Part shown: positions 13,341-29,716 of the stretch, in pieces | Layout of the letters: the number at the start of each line of letters is the position of its first letter | Position numbering within the stretch: the first letter of the stretch is position 1 | NCBI RefSeq assembly: GCF_009914755.1 | Contig: NC_060937.1 | Source: the human T2T-CHM13v2.0 reference genome, Homo sapiens | Direction: 5' to 3' (one strand) | DNA: 64,000 bases | Translations under genes and position numbers: made by a program | Notes under the pieces: model-generated | The model's input: only the letters and a program-made list of their open reading frames with translations | The model's database searches: none | Told to the model about the DNA's origin: nothing

Positions 13341-14029
13341 GACCTTTGCTATTATGTTAATGTCTGCTGTGGGTACAACTTATAGTCTGGCCTCTCCATT
13401 AACTTGCTGAGAGTTTGGTGTCTGCCTTGGCTCCTTTTACTCCACTTGAGCTGCTGCCACTGCTGCTGCTGCTGCTACTGCTCCTGGCTAGAAAAGCTAT
13501 GATTAGCAACCTCAGTAAACCTCCCTGCAGCCCTACATTAGAGGCCCACTTCAAGCCCACTGATGTCCCCCACCCCTATTAGTTTGCCTCAGGTAAGGTG
13601 TGTCTCTCCTGGGTCCATGTGAAAATGGCTAGGCCCCACTTGGCCCACATGTGATCTAAGGGTAGCTCTGGGGAGCAGAGCAGGGTCCCCTGCTTTTCTT
13701 AACCATCTTGTATCACCTGGCTTGCTATGATGTCAATTCAGCAGGGTGCTGCAGGCCAGGCTGGCAATGACCTTCCATAGGAATACCAAATGGGAAGTGA
13801 GACAAAAGCTTCTCTGCTATTGGAATTTCCCTCAGGTGCTTCTGTGTGTTTCTAAACACACCTTCTCTGTAGAATACTGTTCCTAGAGGATACGGAGGAA
13901 AAGGGCTTTTCTCTCTTTATCTGTATTATTTACTCATCTGCTTTATTTATTCTACTTATCTCTCTTTTCTCCTCACAATCTTTTGGGAGGTGGCAACTTT
14001 TAGGCTTTTCCTTCCACCAGGGAAAGATG

Positions 14030-14460
14030 TTCTTCAAGTGGAAATGTGTGCAAAAGCCCAGAGATGGGAAAGAGCTCATCTCATTTGAGGAAGAAAGGGA
14101 ACAGGGAACACAGGCAGAGGGTGGGGGTGGTGATTGAGATGATTGAGACTAAAGAGATGTTTGAGTGCATGTCATGCAGGTCTGGTAGTCTGTGATAAGC
14201 ACAAGAGGTCCCAGAAACATTTTAAGGAAGGAGTGGCAAAATCAGATATTCATGTCTTTGGTGTGGGGAACAGATTGGAAATCAGCCAAAGCGGAAGTGA
14301 GAGGAGACTAGAAGACAGATTCAGATGAGGGGGTGACTTAGACTACAGTGGTAGAAGTAAAACATAAAGATAAAGAGAAATGGAGGATCTTGAGGTACAT
14401 TTTGGATGTTCAAAATATGTATAAGACTCGCCCAAGGTTCTGTGACAATAAGTGAAAAAT
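14030..14460 (-). mobile_element. L2 fragment
   Basis: tgtgtgcaaaagcccagagatggga...ttttaaggaaggagtggcaaaatcagat...ggtgacttagactacagtggtag. Confidence 0.65.
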
Positions 14461-14661
14461 AGGAAAGAACTTAAATATCCATCACCATGTATGAGATTAA
14501 ATATATTAAAAGAATTGTGGTAAATCTGTATGTGCTTACATGAGAAGATCTCCAGGATGTGTGAACTGAAGAAAAGAGAATGTCTCAGAATAAATATAGT
14601 ATTGTCCCACTTATATAACAACAATAACAAAAAAAGAAAACAGAATCAAACTATGTATATC

Positions 14662-14986
14662 ATGTCAATTTTCCGTATTTAGGTTCTGTATCCGTGGATT
14701 TGACCAACTGCGGGTCAAAAATATTCAGGAAAAAAATCAGTGAAAAATAATAGTAGGACAATAAAAATTAACACAAATAATAATACAGTACAACAGCTAT
14801 TTACATAGCATTTATATTGTGTTAGATGTTATAAATCATCTAGAGATAATTTAAAGAATATGGGAGCATCTGCATAGGTTATATGCAAATACTTTGCCAT
14901 TTTATATGAGGGACCTGAGCATTCTCAAAATTCGGTATCCCCAAGGATCCTGGAACTAACCCCTGGTGGGTACTGAGGGATGACTG
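14662..14986 (-). mobile_element. MER2 (TcMar-Tigger) DNA transposon
   Basis: ctatttacatagcatttatattgtgttag...tctagagataatttaaag...ggttatatgcaaatact...tcctggaactaacccctggtgggtactgagggatgactg. Confidence 0.85.
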
Positions 14987-15164
14987 TTCATATACACAGG
15001 GAAGGATGTATTGGAAAATTCAGTAATCATTATTTTTGGAGAGATAAGTGGAGTAGGATTTTTTATTTGTTCTGTTCTACATAATACCAAGATTGTTTTA
15101 GAACCAAAATTTTCAAATAAAAATTATTTTTAGAACAAAAATGCATTTTAAAACTTCTGATGTT

Positions 15165-15826
<662 letters not shown>

Positions 15827-16129
15827 CCATTTTCTCCATATAGCCTCCTTGAGTTTTCAGATAAATATCATTGGGAGCTACAGGACAATGTAGTCACTTA
15901 GAGTCCTTCACATGCCTTCTACGAGATGTCGCCCTCCCCAGATGTCTGCACCATCATGGAGGAGCAATTGTCAAATCACAAAAATTAAATATGCAGGATT
16001 ATACTTAACAGTGTTGTCTATCCTAATCTAAGGCACAATCTCTATTAAACCATTCTCATTGGTATGAACACTTGATCTAGTTCTCTAATCGCACAAACAC
16101 ACACAACACACACTCTCACACACCATCTT

Positions 16130-17900
<1,771 letters not shown>

Positions 17901-18249
17901 ATAAATCACATCTTCTGATATCCAGAGCAAACACTTTTTCTCCTCTCATCAAGGCTAACAATAGACGAACCTGGATAACTCAATTGTAATTCATGAATTT
18001 TAATTACTTTCATCCTCCTGTTGTGCTTCCACTGTGTATTGGTTTTCTTCAGTAATGGTTATTCTGTTTTCAATATTAAATTTAAAGTATCTCTTATGTT
18101 AATTTTAAAAAGAAGTGTAATTTCATCCTTCTCATAGCTATTGTTAATCTGTTTATCTTGTTGTTGTTGGCAACATTTTCTTAAATCCTTTTCTGTTATG
18201 GAATTCTAATTTCAGAATTATTTTCTTACTTGTGAAATATTCTCTAGTA

Positions 18250-18390
18250 GAGAAAATCATAAGTTAGGGAACTTGATTTTAAATTCTAACTGGGTGATTT
18301 TGGGATAAACAACATAAGCTTGGGATGCATTTTCTTCATCTGTTGAATGCAAAGTCGAATTAGAAGATTCCCAAGGTCCCTTTTAGCCAA
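18250..18390 (+). mobile_element. MIR fragment
   Basis: tgggtgattttgggataa...tttcttcatctgttgaatg...attcccaaggtccctttagc. Confidence 0.6.
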
Positions 18391-19129
18391 ATTGTAGTAA
18401 GAAGTTAAGACAAAGCAGAAAATAAGAAATCTGCATGACAAATAAGGGCTAAAACTGAGTAGACATCAAAAAGTTAATGAAATGTAAACATCAAGCAGGA
18501 AATTTTAGTCATAGTCTTACTACTTCTAAGTCATCTAATAATATATTTTATCATCCTGGATTACATTGTAGTTTAGAATATTGCAATACTCAAATGCTAA
18601 GGTAAGTCACCACCATCAATCCCAAGAGTAATAGCATTGCATAGCAGCTTTCATCTTAGGCCCCTAAATCACTGTGTAAACATCAATTAAATCTCAACAC
18701 TTCCCTATGCTAGTATTATTGTGCCCACTTAACAGATGGAGAACTGAGCTATATTCTTGTTTAAGCCATAAACCAAAGCTTTCTCATTTAAAATCACTAG
18801 ACATCTTTAAATTAATAGTTAATATGCTATCAGAGACCTGAGGTTGAATTCAATGAATGAGAATTTCTATATGTGGTATCGTCCTGCCTGTAGGTTTATG
18901 GAGTTGTGTGTGGTGTCTGTAAATGTGGGTGTGTGTATATGTAAAGTATGGGTGGGTATGACTGTAAGTGTGTATAGTCTGTGGGAAAAACTAGTGCATA
19001 TGAGTGTGTGACTGAATGAATATAAAGTGTTGTACTGTAGACGCTCAAGTTTCCTTTTTTGTAATTTATTTTTAAACATTTCTTAGCTGCATTTAACACT
19101 TCTGGTATTCCCTTCACCGTCTTTCACGT

Positions 19130-20270
19130 TCTTTTCTGGCTTATCTCCCATTCCACAATTTCTTCTTTCTCTGTTGGTCTATGCTCAGACTTCTGCTTTC
19201 CAACTTTTATGTTCACCCCACATATTCCCTCTGGTGCTCTGTGTTCTTTCCTATGGTTTCATTGACTCTCTGTATGCTGATATTACCTAAATCTATTCCT
19301 ACAGCTTAAGTGTCTTTCCTATGTGTCTCCACTGACTCATAGACACCTCTCTACTTAGATGTCCCACCACTGTCTTAAACTCAGCATACCTGAGAATACA
19401 CGGATCAACTCACTTACCTCCTCTCCTCTGCAACCTGAACCTTCTTCTAACCCTTCTAAGTAATAATAGATTACCAACTCAAGTGTCCAAGACAGAAATC
19501 CAGGACTTCCTCATTCTCCAGTTCCCTCACTTCCACACACTTAGCAAGTTCTGCTTGCAAAGTAAGATTCAATTTCCAATTTCTTCAAGCTCTTTTTTCC
19601 TCCTAAAACTCCTGTCATAGCCTTGGGTGAGACCACCATTACATGCTGCCTAGATCATGACACAGGCTTTCTAATAAATTATCTACTCTGATGTCACAGT
19701 GAGTTTCTTAAGGCAATAACCTGATCATGTCTCTACTGTGTAAAACCTTTCAATGGTCCCTACTACTATGAGAGTCAAGTCTAATCTTTATATGATTTTC
19801 AAGATCTTGCATGATCTGACTTCTGCACACCATAATCATCGCTTGTTTCTCTTCTCAAATTCTACCAACTGTAACCATATGTCCGTGTGTGTGTGTGTTT
19901 GTGTGTGTGTGTGCACGCCTCCGATTCCTTAAACTTGCATGTTTTCTTTTACTCTGTTCTACATCTTCCCCACCTCTTTGCTTGGTTAATTCCTACTTCT
20001 CCTTCAGGTCTCAGCTCAAAATCACTTCCCCCAGGAAAGCCTCCCTTGTTTTTCAAGGTAGCCATCTATGTGTTCTTAGAGCTCATTAGGTATTACTTAT
20101 CACACAGCATCATGATTAACTTTGTACTATTAATTTTTTTAGATTCTAAATTTGGAGAAGGCAGAAATAGTGTCTATTTTTGGAAGACTATATCCTCAGT
20201 GCTGTTTCTGTTTCAGACACAGAATAGAATGCTTTGTAAATAATTATGGAATAGTTGACTCACTGAATGA
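19130..20270 (+). mobile_element. L2 (degraded), containing a (TG)n run at ~19885-19913
   Basis: tctgtatgctgatattacctaaatctat, gacacctctctacttagatgtccc, ttaaactcagcat, ctgatcatgtc, tcaggtctcagctcaaaatcacttcccc. Confidence 0.75.
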
Positions 20271-21204
20271 GTGACCACACTGAGCTTATATAAGTATGTC
20301 AATGTGGTCACTGTTTTAGGTGAAGCTTGTGGGAATAAGGAAGATCTAAGAAAAATGGGCCAGACCCATGTTGTTCTAAATAAACCATGTTGCTCTAAAT
20401 AATCCAGAAGCAGTAGGTCACTCAGTATAAACAGTGTATTTTAGTAGAAAATATTTATTATGTCCTTAAATTTCCTGTTGCATGCCAGGTGTGACTGCCA
20501 AGTAAGGAGGCTGATTTCATGTGTGGCTTATGAAAATGATCTTCTTGGATTGTAGCCCTGTTTGTCAGTGCAGCCAGGCATGGGAGGGCCTTGCCTTGAT
20601 CCCACGTACCTCTCCACTCAAAGAGAGAAATGCTTGGTACTGTGGGAACATCTGCAAGTGCATGCCTATAAATTCTTACTCAAAAAACCCAAGTCATCTT
20701 TTACGAAGCTGGAAAATGCCTATTCCTGGAATGCCTCATTGAGGACTGAATAGGTCACTTAAGGTCTGAAAGGTTATGACAGGGCACATGTTTGAGGGAG
20801 GTGAGGACTGAGTATGGATGTGAGGGCTGGGGCTTCCAAGTTCATGCCGAGGCAATTCATGACCCTGGCCCAGGTGGGAAAAGAAGAGCAGGCAAAGAGG
20901 GAAAGATGCCCTGGGGATGGCAATCAGCTATGACCCTCTAAGGGAACTGAGGATTCTATTACTGTATATTTGTATTGGATCATCCAGGTTACTATGCAGG
21001 ATATTTGTCAAGATAGGAAGATAGATTTTACTTAATGGTTTGTCAGCTTGCTTTACAGCCTTTAACTATTTAAACCTGTATCATATACCCCTCTAATTAT
21101 ACACATGTCCCCACATGTCTTAGGGGGCTGTCCTGCTAGTCAAAAACAGTTATTTTTAAGAATATTTTTGCTTTTTCTGTAGAATAGTGTTAAAAGGTCC
21201 TTAA

Positions 21205-21798
21205 TTTTTTTCTTTCTTTCTTTTTTTTTTTTTTTTTAAGTTTTTCTGGTTACATGTTATTCAACACAAATAATCTCCTCCAACTTTACTGAGGTGGCTG
21301 ATCATGTCCAAGATCAAATCTGGAATTCAGGTGCTGACCCATGCCCAGTCTTGGCTTTCTTGTTGGCATCAGGGGGACACCACTCCATCTGTAGGTGTCT
21401 CTGTCAGCTTCCCTTCTTGTGAGTCTCGCCACTGGCCCTCCAGACCTTTAGACCAAGGCCTGCCAATCTCAGGACAACTGTGACGCAGTGGGGCAGCATT
21501 ACCTCAGGGGGCAGTTAATTACAGAGAAACTAGATACTCTTGTTGGTAAGGTGCCTGTAGAAATGTCTCCAGGAAAACTGTTTCTTCATGCAGCCTTGAC
21601 ACCTGAGAGACTGGATGGCCTTCAAGACATGTAGCTTGGGCACATGTTTGTCTGCCAGTTCTGGGTGCTTAGGTATAAAGACATCGCTCTTGGCCACCAT
21701 CACTCCCTCCTTCAACAGGAGTTCATAAATGGCAACCCAGTTCTTTTTGGATGTCAACATCTTGGGCGCTGCAGTGTCTGGGGCAGAGACAGGAAAGG
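21205..21798 (-). pseudogene. RPS10P: Full-length processed pseudogene of ribosomal protein S10 (eS10)
   Basis: ORF 21530..21760 [52 protein letters not shown] matches the RPS10 N-terminus; intronless; premature stop and indels; native end QPPQ-stop at 21286-21288; poly(A) seen as T-run 21205-21238; 5' TOP CCTTTCC at 21798-21792; degenerate TSD aaggtccttaattttttt / aatgtcccctaatttcttt. Confidence 0.95.
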
Positions 21799-22199
21799 CA
21801 ATGTCCCCTAATTTCTTTATGTCAGTAATATTTTATACCAACAGTAAAATAGATTTCAATTACACCTCAAGGCAAATCATGGTTTTAATCATAACACGGA
21901 AAAACAATATTGCAGAGGTTGTATCTGTCTCTTGACTTAATGGTAATGGAAGTACTTCAGTAAAGTCCGTGATGCTGATTTTAATGGTAGGGAAGAGACT
22001 TCAGATAATTTGAAGCATGTCTAGTTTTGTTTTTCACTCCTCTTTTTATTGCATTGCCATATTTCAGCAGATTCTCATCATTTCAGAACACTCGATTTGG
22101 AAAATGACAGTTATTATTATTATGTGATTTAGTTTTATTTTGGTGCAAGCATGTTATTTATTAGACCACAAACATTTTTGGAATTTATTGGGCACTCAA

Positions 22200-22400
22200 C
22201 AATGACTTTACGAATATCAACTCATTTAGGTGTTATGGCACTTTCAGATAGGTATTATTAATATTCCCATTCTAAAGATGAGAAAACATGGGCAAAAAGA
22301 AATTAAGCAACTTGATCAAAATCACTACCATAATTCTTATAAGTAGCAGAGCAAGGACTCCAACCCTAGCAATCTAATTCTACCTATGTTGCAACTAAGC
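22200..22400 (-). mobile_element. MIR
   Basis: aggtattattaatattcccattctaaagatgagaaaac...aattaagcaacttgatcaaaatcac...gtagcagagcaaggactccaaccc. Confidence 0.75.
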
Positions 22401-23917
22401 ATTGCTCTTTTGCCTACAAGAGTGTTTACTTCTTGAAGATATGGATCATGAGATTTTATTTTAAAATTAAGAATGCAAAAATATAATTTTGACAATTAAC
22501 AGTCATTAAAGGAGCAATCACTCACTTGAAGGCTTAAAGGAGCTTGATTTTGCATTATATTATTTAGATTTTTGAAAAGTCTAATATTTTATCTTCAAAC
22601 TTGCATGAGTGTTACACTTTATACGTAAGAGGCAATATATTTTGGTCAAGAAAGAGTACATGCTACCATATTGCCTTAATTTTTTAGGAAAACCAGATGA
22701 ATTACATTTTAAACAATTAATAACAATATAGCCATATGTAAAGGTTTTCTTTTTCAACTTGCCTATTATCAGATAGACATGGGTTGTTTTTTTTTTAGAT
22801 ATTTACAAATAGCAGTAGTCACTCATTCAGGCAACTGAAGCTCCTATCTGGAATGTAAATGAATTAATGGATTTCAATGCTGTTGAGAAAATAAATATAT
22901 TTGGCTGAAAGAAACAAATCTGACTGGGGCAAGTAATACTGACATGTTTTATTCTACAACGGGTGTGCATGTTTCTGTTAGAAATTGGAATGGCTCAGGT
23001 TCACCCTTAACAAGACAATTACATGTTCTGTGAAGGGAATTCCATGACTTCCATTTTAGCTGTCTATGTAGCAAGTACTTCACATTCATATAAAGGTTTA
23101 AAATGCATGCTATAAAACTTTTGAATATAATTGATTCTAAAGGAATAATCTGTATGTAAGGATATCCAACAGGCATTCACCTATTTGGTTACATAAAACA
23201 ATCCATTTCACATTATATGACCTCACTTTGCAACTCAATAGCGAAAGAAAATATGTAATGAATTTTCAATACAATATAAATGGTATTTCATAATCTGTAG
23301 AGTAAGAACTGTTCTTGAATGTTAAGATGGTTTCCACATTTTCTCCCAGTATAAACACATAAGAATATTATTTGGCCTAGATCAGTTCCTTTTATATAAA
23401 TTAGACTAGAAAATTGCATCAGCTTTATTTAGAAATATCCACAAGAGAGATACTCTGATTATTGAGGTCATTGCTGTGACTACAGTAGTGACTTGAAACC
23501 CAGTCTCATGGTTAGGAACTTTATTATGGAAAGTAATTAAACTTAGCCAAAATTAGGAGAATTAAAATCAATACCTAAAAGATAAAAAAAACCACAAAGC
23601 TTATTTTCATGAAAAATAATCTTTCATCAATATAAATATTAGAGTTACAATACTTTCTCCATAAAAAGGAGGATTAATTTTTTTCCAGTGTCTAAGGAAG
23701 CATATGCTTACCCCTGCTTGCTAAGGACAGAACAGAGCTCATTTAAATACAGGTGGTTACCTGTTACACACCCCCCCACACAAACACACCCCTCCCTATG
23801 TGTATAGGAATTTTCTGAGCACTTTACTATTTTCAGTTTTAATTAGGATGTGAAGAGAGGGGACATTTTAAAACAATGGATTCCTGTAAAGTAAATTGGG
23901 ATTTCAGTAAAGTAAAA

Positions 23918-24107
23918 CTCTCTCTCTCTCTCTCTATATATATATTTATATATATAAATACTTCATAGATATATTATACATATATATCATATATACTTCA
24001 TAGATATACATATATATCAATATAGTTCATAGATATATTATACATATATCATACTGCATATCTATATTATACACATATATATCACACATATATACTATCT
24101 TCAAGTG

Positions 24108-24153
<46 letters not shown>
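23918..24153. repeat. Compound (TC)n/(TA)n microsatellite with degenerate ~30-bp AT-rich repeats
   Basis: ctctctctc..., three ttcatagatat units, and a pure (TA)n run at ~24110-24153. Confidence 0.9.
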
Positions 24154-24158
<5 letters not shown>

Positions 24159-24326
24159 CTGTGGCATAACATTGGGTTTCCATCTTTTAATTTTCCCCTC
24201 TAAAGCCACAAAAAGTAAAACAGAACACAAACCTATTCTATTACACCATCACCACCATTTCATATGTGGTCAAAGGACATTGAACGTTAGTCAAGAAGGA
24301 CATAATCCAAGAATACTGGTTAGCTC

Positions 24327-24625
<299 letters not shown>

Positions 24626-27600
24626 TTGGTTAGCTCTTAATTTTAAAAAAAAAACTGAAAACTTTACACAATTTTCTATTAGAAAAGGCAAAAACTTTGG
24701 TGCACCATTCTAGTTTCATGAATTGGAAAATAGTATTTTAATTTCCTTATCCTAAAGCAAAAATGTCTTTTTCTGCCACCGCTCTTGTATTCATTTATTT
24801 ACTCCTTCGATTTACAAATAGCTATTGAACTTCTATTATGTGCCAGGCCCTTATGTACATTCCAGAAATCCACAATGGACAGGAAAGATAAAAGTTCTGT
24901 CTTCCTGGAGCTTATTTTAGCGTGATATATTGGAAAATCATGTTGTTTCTACCACCATTATGTATATTTTCAGTATGAGTACTGTTCCTTTTCTGCTGCC
25001 ACCACCATTACCTCCTGTCTGGTTTACTGTAAAGTTCTCTTAACTTGTCTCTAGGAGTCTATTTTGCCCCCACAATCTAATCCAAGTCTATTAGTCTCCA
25101 AGTAGCCAGAAAGATTTGTTTAAAAGATGAAACAGACCGTATACCTCTCATGCTTAAAACCCTTGATGGCTTCTCATTTTCTACAGCCTTTCCATCCTGC
25201 TGTGACATCAAAGGCAGTGTGTTCTGGCCTTTCCTGCCTCTTCCAATAGCTCGCTCTCTAAAATTTAACCACATTGCTGTCTTTCTGTTATTCTTGTATT
25301 CCACACTTACTCCTCTTTCAGGGTCTTATCAGACCCTCCCCTGCTTTTGTTGGTCTGTAGGAAACAAAAATGTTTCTACTAAAACATTGCAGGAAATGAG
25401 TTATCTCACATAAAAAGAAATAGAAGTGGTAGTTTCTAGGGTGATTACTGCAGTATCTCCTTAGGGGTATTCTTGGAATTACATTTTGGTGGGAAGAGAA
25501 AGACAAGAAATGAATAAAATTTCTATTGTGTGCAAAATGGTAGAGCTCTTGTAGAGGAAAATGAATCAAGACAGAGTCAGAATGAAGGGATATGTTTGGT
25601 TTAAAATAGTGACATAGTAATTGCTCAATAAATGTTAATGTTATTATTATTCATTATTGTGGTTTTTGTTACTGTTATCAAAATGGAACAAAATCGAAAA
25701 AGGTCAGAGGTTCATATTTCATGTATTTTAAGCAGTGTCAATTTTCTAAGTATTATGAAAAGTTGGGAATGAAAAAGAGACTACATTGGTGGAAGGCAAA
25801 CAGTCTCTCCCACACATTCCACCTCTTTATGTCAACAATGTCAAGAAGTTGCCAAGCTAATGATTCCACATTCAACCATCCCAGCCACATTTCTTATTCT
25901 TCTCATTTTATTTTCTATACACTAATAGTTGCCATCATGGAATGATATTCTAAAGTTAAGAAAATGTTAAAATATGGAAATAAATTAACAAAAACAAAGA
26001 CAGATTGTAGTTGGTCCTAAAGGAATTGACTTTTTGACAAGTAAAACTTCATTAACAGAAAGTGTGTCTCAGTATGAACTAGTTTACAAAATATAGAATA
26101 AATATTAAGATGAGATACATAACTTTTACAGAAAGACAGACCTCGGAATTTATTTTAAAATGTTTTAAAACATTGAAAAATGTTTCCACTGACTAATAAT
26201 TATGTTTGCCCATAACTTTTCAAGAACATATCAATTGTATAAAATATAATCCAATGTAAACTTTTAAACAATTTTTCATTTCATGAGATTGCTTTTGACT
26301 GGTAAAGTCAGTGCACATGCAGTTGTGTGTGGTATTACACAATATACATCAACTGTCACTGTCTTTTCAAGTACTGAAGCAGCACGGCCAGTTTTTGCAG
26401 GCATTAAACCAAAGATTTTGACTTCTCAAAACGATCTTTTTCCCCCTTTGAACTCTCCATAACCCTACTCAAACCCACGAACACAAACTTTATAGTTTTC
26501 TCACATTCATTTAACACAGGTCATGCGTCCTGATAGACACCTAATTCATTCAGTAAACATCGAGAAATATTAACACTATTTTACCATGCATTTGCAGTGC
26601 TTTTGTGTCTGTTATATTTTTCTAACTTTTTTAAAATTTCAAAGCCTTGGAATTATTCAATGGCAATGACACTCTCTTTTTCTTTATAAATATCCTGTCT
26701 AGAAATAATATTAAAACTCTAATATGATTTGATCATTTAAAAGTATAAGTTAAAATGTGAGATTTCTTGTGTTCTTATGCTTCCATTTTGCTTTTGAATA
26801 GTAAAACTTCTCTTTCCTATTCTTACTACTTTTAAAAATGTGGCTCCCTCAAAAATATCACTGCAAAAGGGTTTAAAGTAAGCAGTACCAATGAAAAGTA
26901 TAGAAAGCCCTATTCACTTAGTCTTGAACATACTTTCTAGTCTGTATACTGTTGGATATTTTCCTTCTGATAATGTGTTTTACTCCTGTCTTCCTTTTCT
27001 GCAATGTTGCATTCAAATAATTTTTAAATTATTTGCATAGCTCCATTTAAAATTTCTTCTGTTCTTATAGATTACTGCTTTCACTTCCTGTCTCAACTTT
27101 CATTTTAATGCCACATTTTAAGTTCTGGTTGGCTTGTTTACAAACAATAATAGGAAAGAGAGATATTTTAGATTATGGTTTTTCTTATGAGGATAGCTGT
27201 GGATCATTGCACGTTGGATTTAAAATGAAAATTGTATTTGGAGTTGTTTGACTTGCAGAAATAACAAGCCTAAGTGTTTCAGTTTCTAATGGTAATTAGT
27301 TTTCAACCCAGACAGTCTGGATAACTATATATTTAATACCTTGTAAAGAACTATCATAACAAGCCCTTAAGCATTACTTGAAAATTAATAAACTAAAGTA
27401 GGAGGAAACCCTTTACTTTCCCATAGCAACATGGACGGAGTTATATTATTTTATTGTGAAATTTCATTTTTCAATTATAGGTTTACTAAATTAACAGGCT
27501 TGAAAAGCATAAAAAACAATTATTAGTTCCTTAACACTGCAGATGACTAATGAGTCCGTTTACGGTAAAAACAAACAAAAAAAAAGGTTTCTTTTTTTAA

Positions 27601-28119
27601 AGGAAAATTATTTCCTTGAATTGCCTGAGAATAAATTCTGATTCACAAATAAATGTTTCTATTGTACTAATAGAATGTATCGTACATTTAGGTGTGATTT
27701 TTCTAAATTATGTGAAAGTAAATCATGTACAAGGATTTTACTCTTAACCTATTTTTTAAATTTATATGTTTATTTTCTAAAAATGAAGCTTGGAAATAGA
27801 GCAATTTAATTGTTAAAACTTGCAAATAAAAGATTCAGTAATCTGGATTTGAACTAAATAACAAATGCTATTGATGATTACGTTAGATTCCATAGTTAAA
27901 ATTGTGTATAAATTGGGTTAATTGCTTAGAAGAGAGTGTGGAAGACAAAAACTACTTAACCTAATTCTTGCCATCACAGTGTGAGGGTGGAGAGCCAATG
28001 TTAATACACCCTGGAAGAGAGGAGCCATGTAGCTCCTTTATTCACAGACTCAGGACTGTGGCTGTGCTCTTCCAAAATATATACTTTTTTAAGATCTGGT
28101 GTCTGACTCCATGTGAAAT

Positions 28120-28121
<2 letters not shown>

Positions 28122-28151
<30 letters not shown>
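28122..28151. repeat. (GT)n microsatellite, ~15 units
   Basis: Direct inspection. Confidence 0.95.
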
Positions 28152-28154
<3 letters not shown>

Positions 28155-28289
28155 GAGCCTGGAGAAAGAGCAAAATCAAACTCTATAGAGACTTGGGGAG
28201 ACTGAAGTACAGAAAAATTTACTTTTTCTTTAATTCTTACTCCCACCACCATAACTTTAAGCCAACATATTGATTCTGTTGTACTTCAT

Positions 28290-28480
28290 GGCATAGTGAT
28301 TAAGAGCAAGGGCTTTGCCCACAAATTGGCAACATTTACCAGCTGTGTGATACTTGTCAAGTTCTTTAACTTATCTTTGACACAGTTTCCTCATCTACAA
28401 AATTAAGATAATCTCCCAGGATTGTTGCAAGAATTAAACAAGTTATTAGGCATGAGTTTCTAAACAAGGTCTACCACATA
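28290..28480 (+). mobile_element. MIR
   Basis: ggcatagtgattaagagcaagggcttt...tttaccagctgtgtgatacttgtcaagt...cagtttcctcatctacaaaat. Confidence 0.75.
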
Positions 28481-29113
28481 TAAGTCAGGATAGCAGGGCT
28501 TATGCAAAAGACAATAGTTTTAATTTCAAAATTCTCATTCCATCAAATTCTGTTTAAAAGTCCTCTTTAAAGGACTTTTAAAATGCTTAGTTTCCTAAAT
28601 CCTTTAATCATTAATTTAGTGTTGGTAAATGGAAGTGGACATTAAGTTAAGGATAAGGGTTGAAGAAAAGGGAAAGAAACAGGAACTAAGAATATGAATT
28701 GTCGAGTAGAAAATCTCTGTTAAATGTAGTACTTTTAATTTGCAAACACTATCCCTGGGTTGCTATGAGTTGCTAAATATCAATTGAGAAATGAGATACT
28801 CAAGTGTATGTTCCCACTTTAAAAGGAAAAGCTTCTAAGGGAATGGAAAGAGAGTAATCAATCAGTCAATCAATCAATTAAAAACACATTACTTAGAATC
28901 ATAAAGAGTTAGTTTGATCCTCAGTGAAAGACACACAGTGAAGACTAAACTCACCATTTCAGAAAAACCAAGAATTCTATGAGCGCCTGCATAATCCTAG
29001 TTATCCTCCACACTATCAACATAATAGGTATTCAATTAGTGTCTGTTAGGTGAATGAGATGAATGAACAAATAGTCCCATGGCAGTCAGAACTGGGAACA
29101 GAGGTTAAAAAAA

Positions 29114-29430
29114 CTAGTGGCCAGAAAAACTAAATTTGATCCCTAGGTGCATTTTGTTTGGCATTCCTAGTGATTAAAATAGAATTAGTTAGAAATACTT
29201 AAAATGCAGGGGATTTTCACATAAAAATATAGATTTCTGGATTATTTTGAAAAATGAGCAGCTCTGATATCAGTAGGCTTTTTTTCCTGCCTGGCTACAA
29301 ATTCCTAAAGCTGGATAGTAGCTGCTCCCTTAAGATGACCAGAATGTGGCAATACCACCCCAACTGCTTAAGTCATTTATACCGCCTGTTAGGTCTCTCT
29401 TAGCCTGAGTTTATACATCTCTGATCCAGA
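29114..29430. mobile_element. hAT-Charlie non-autonomous element (MER102-like)
   Basis: gattttcacataaaaatatagatttctggattattttgaaaaatgagcagctctg resembles the MER102 core. Confidence 0.55.
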
Positions 29431-29563
29431 ATTGCAAAGCTTTCTGCTGAACTTTGATTCTCTTACAAGATTTTCTCATAGCTTAAAAGAAGTGCATACA
29501 ACCCTACAATCATTCAAGATTTCATTTTTCTTCAATAAAAGGATGGGGGCCTTTGAGTTACTT

Positions 29564-29716
29564 CCAGGCTTGCTCATCCTAGGTATGACTGCCATTTTGG
29601 GTCAGAAAATGTTTGCTGTGGGAGGCTGTCATGGGCATTGTAGGATGTATGGCAGCCTCTCTGGCTTTATTCACTAGCTCCTCTCTCACCCGGTGCACTA
29701 GCCAAAAACGTTTCCA
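29564..29716 (-). mobile_element. MER20 (hAT-Charlie), internally deleted
   Basis: gccattttgggtcaga...tgtgggaggctgtcatgggcattgtaggatgt...aaaaacgtttccaggcactgctaaatgt...gttgaggaccact. Confidence 0.8.

Noticed and set aside
27417-27430. RFX X-box-like motif (tttcccatagcaac)
   Set aside because: A single degenerate motif with no promoter or CpG context; expected by chance in 64 kb.
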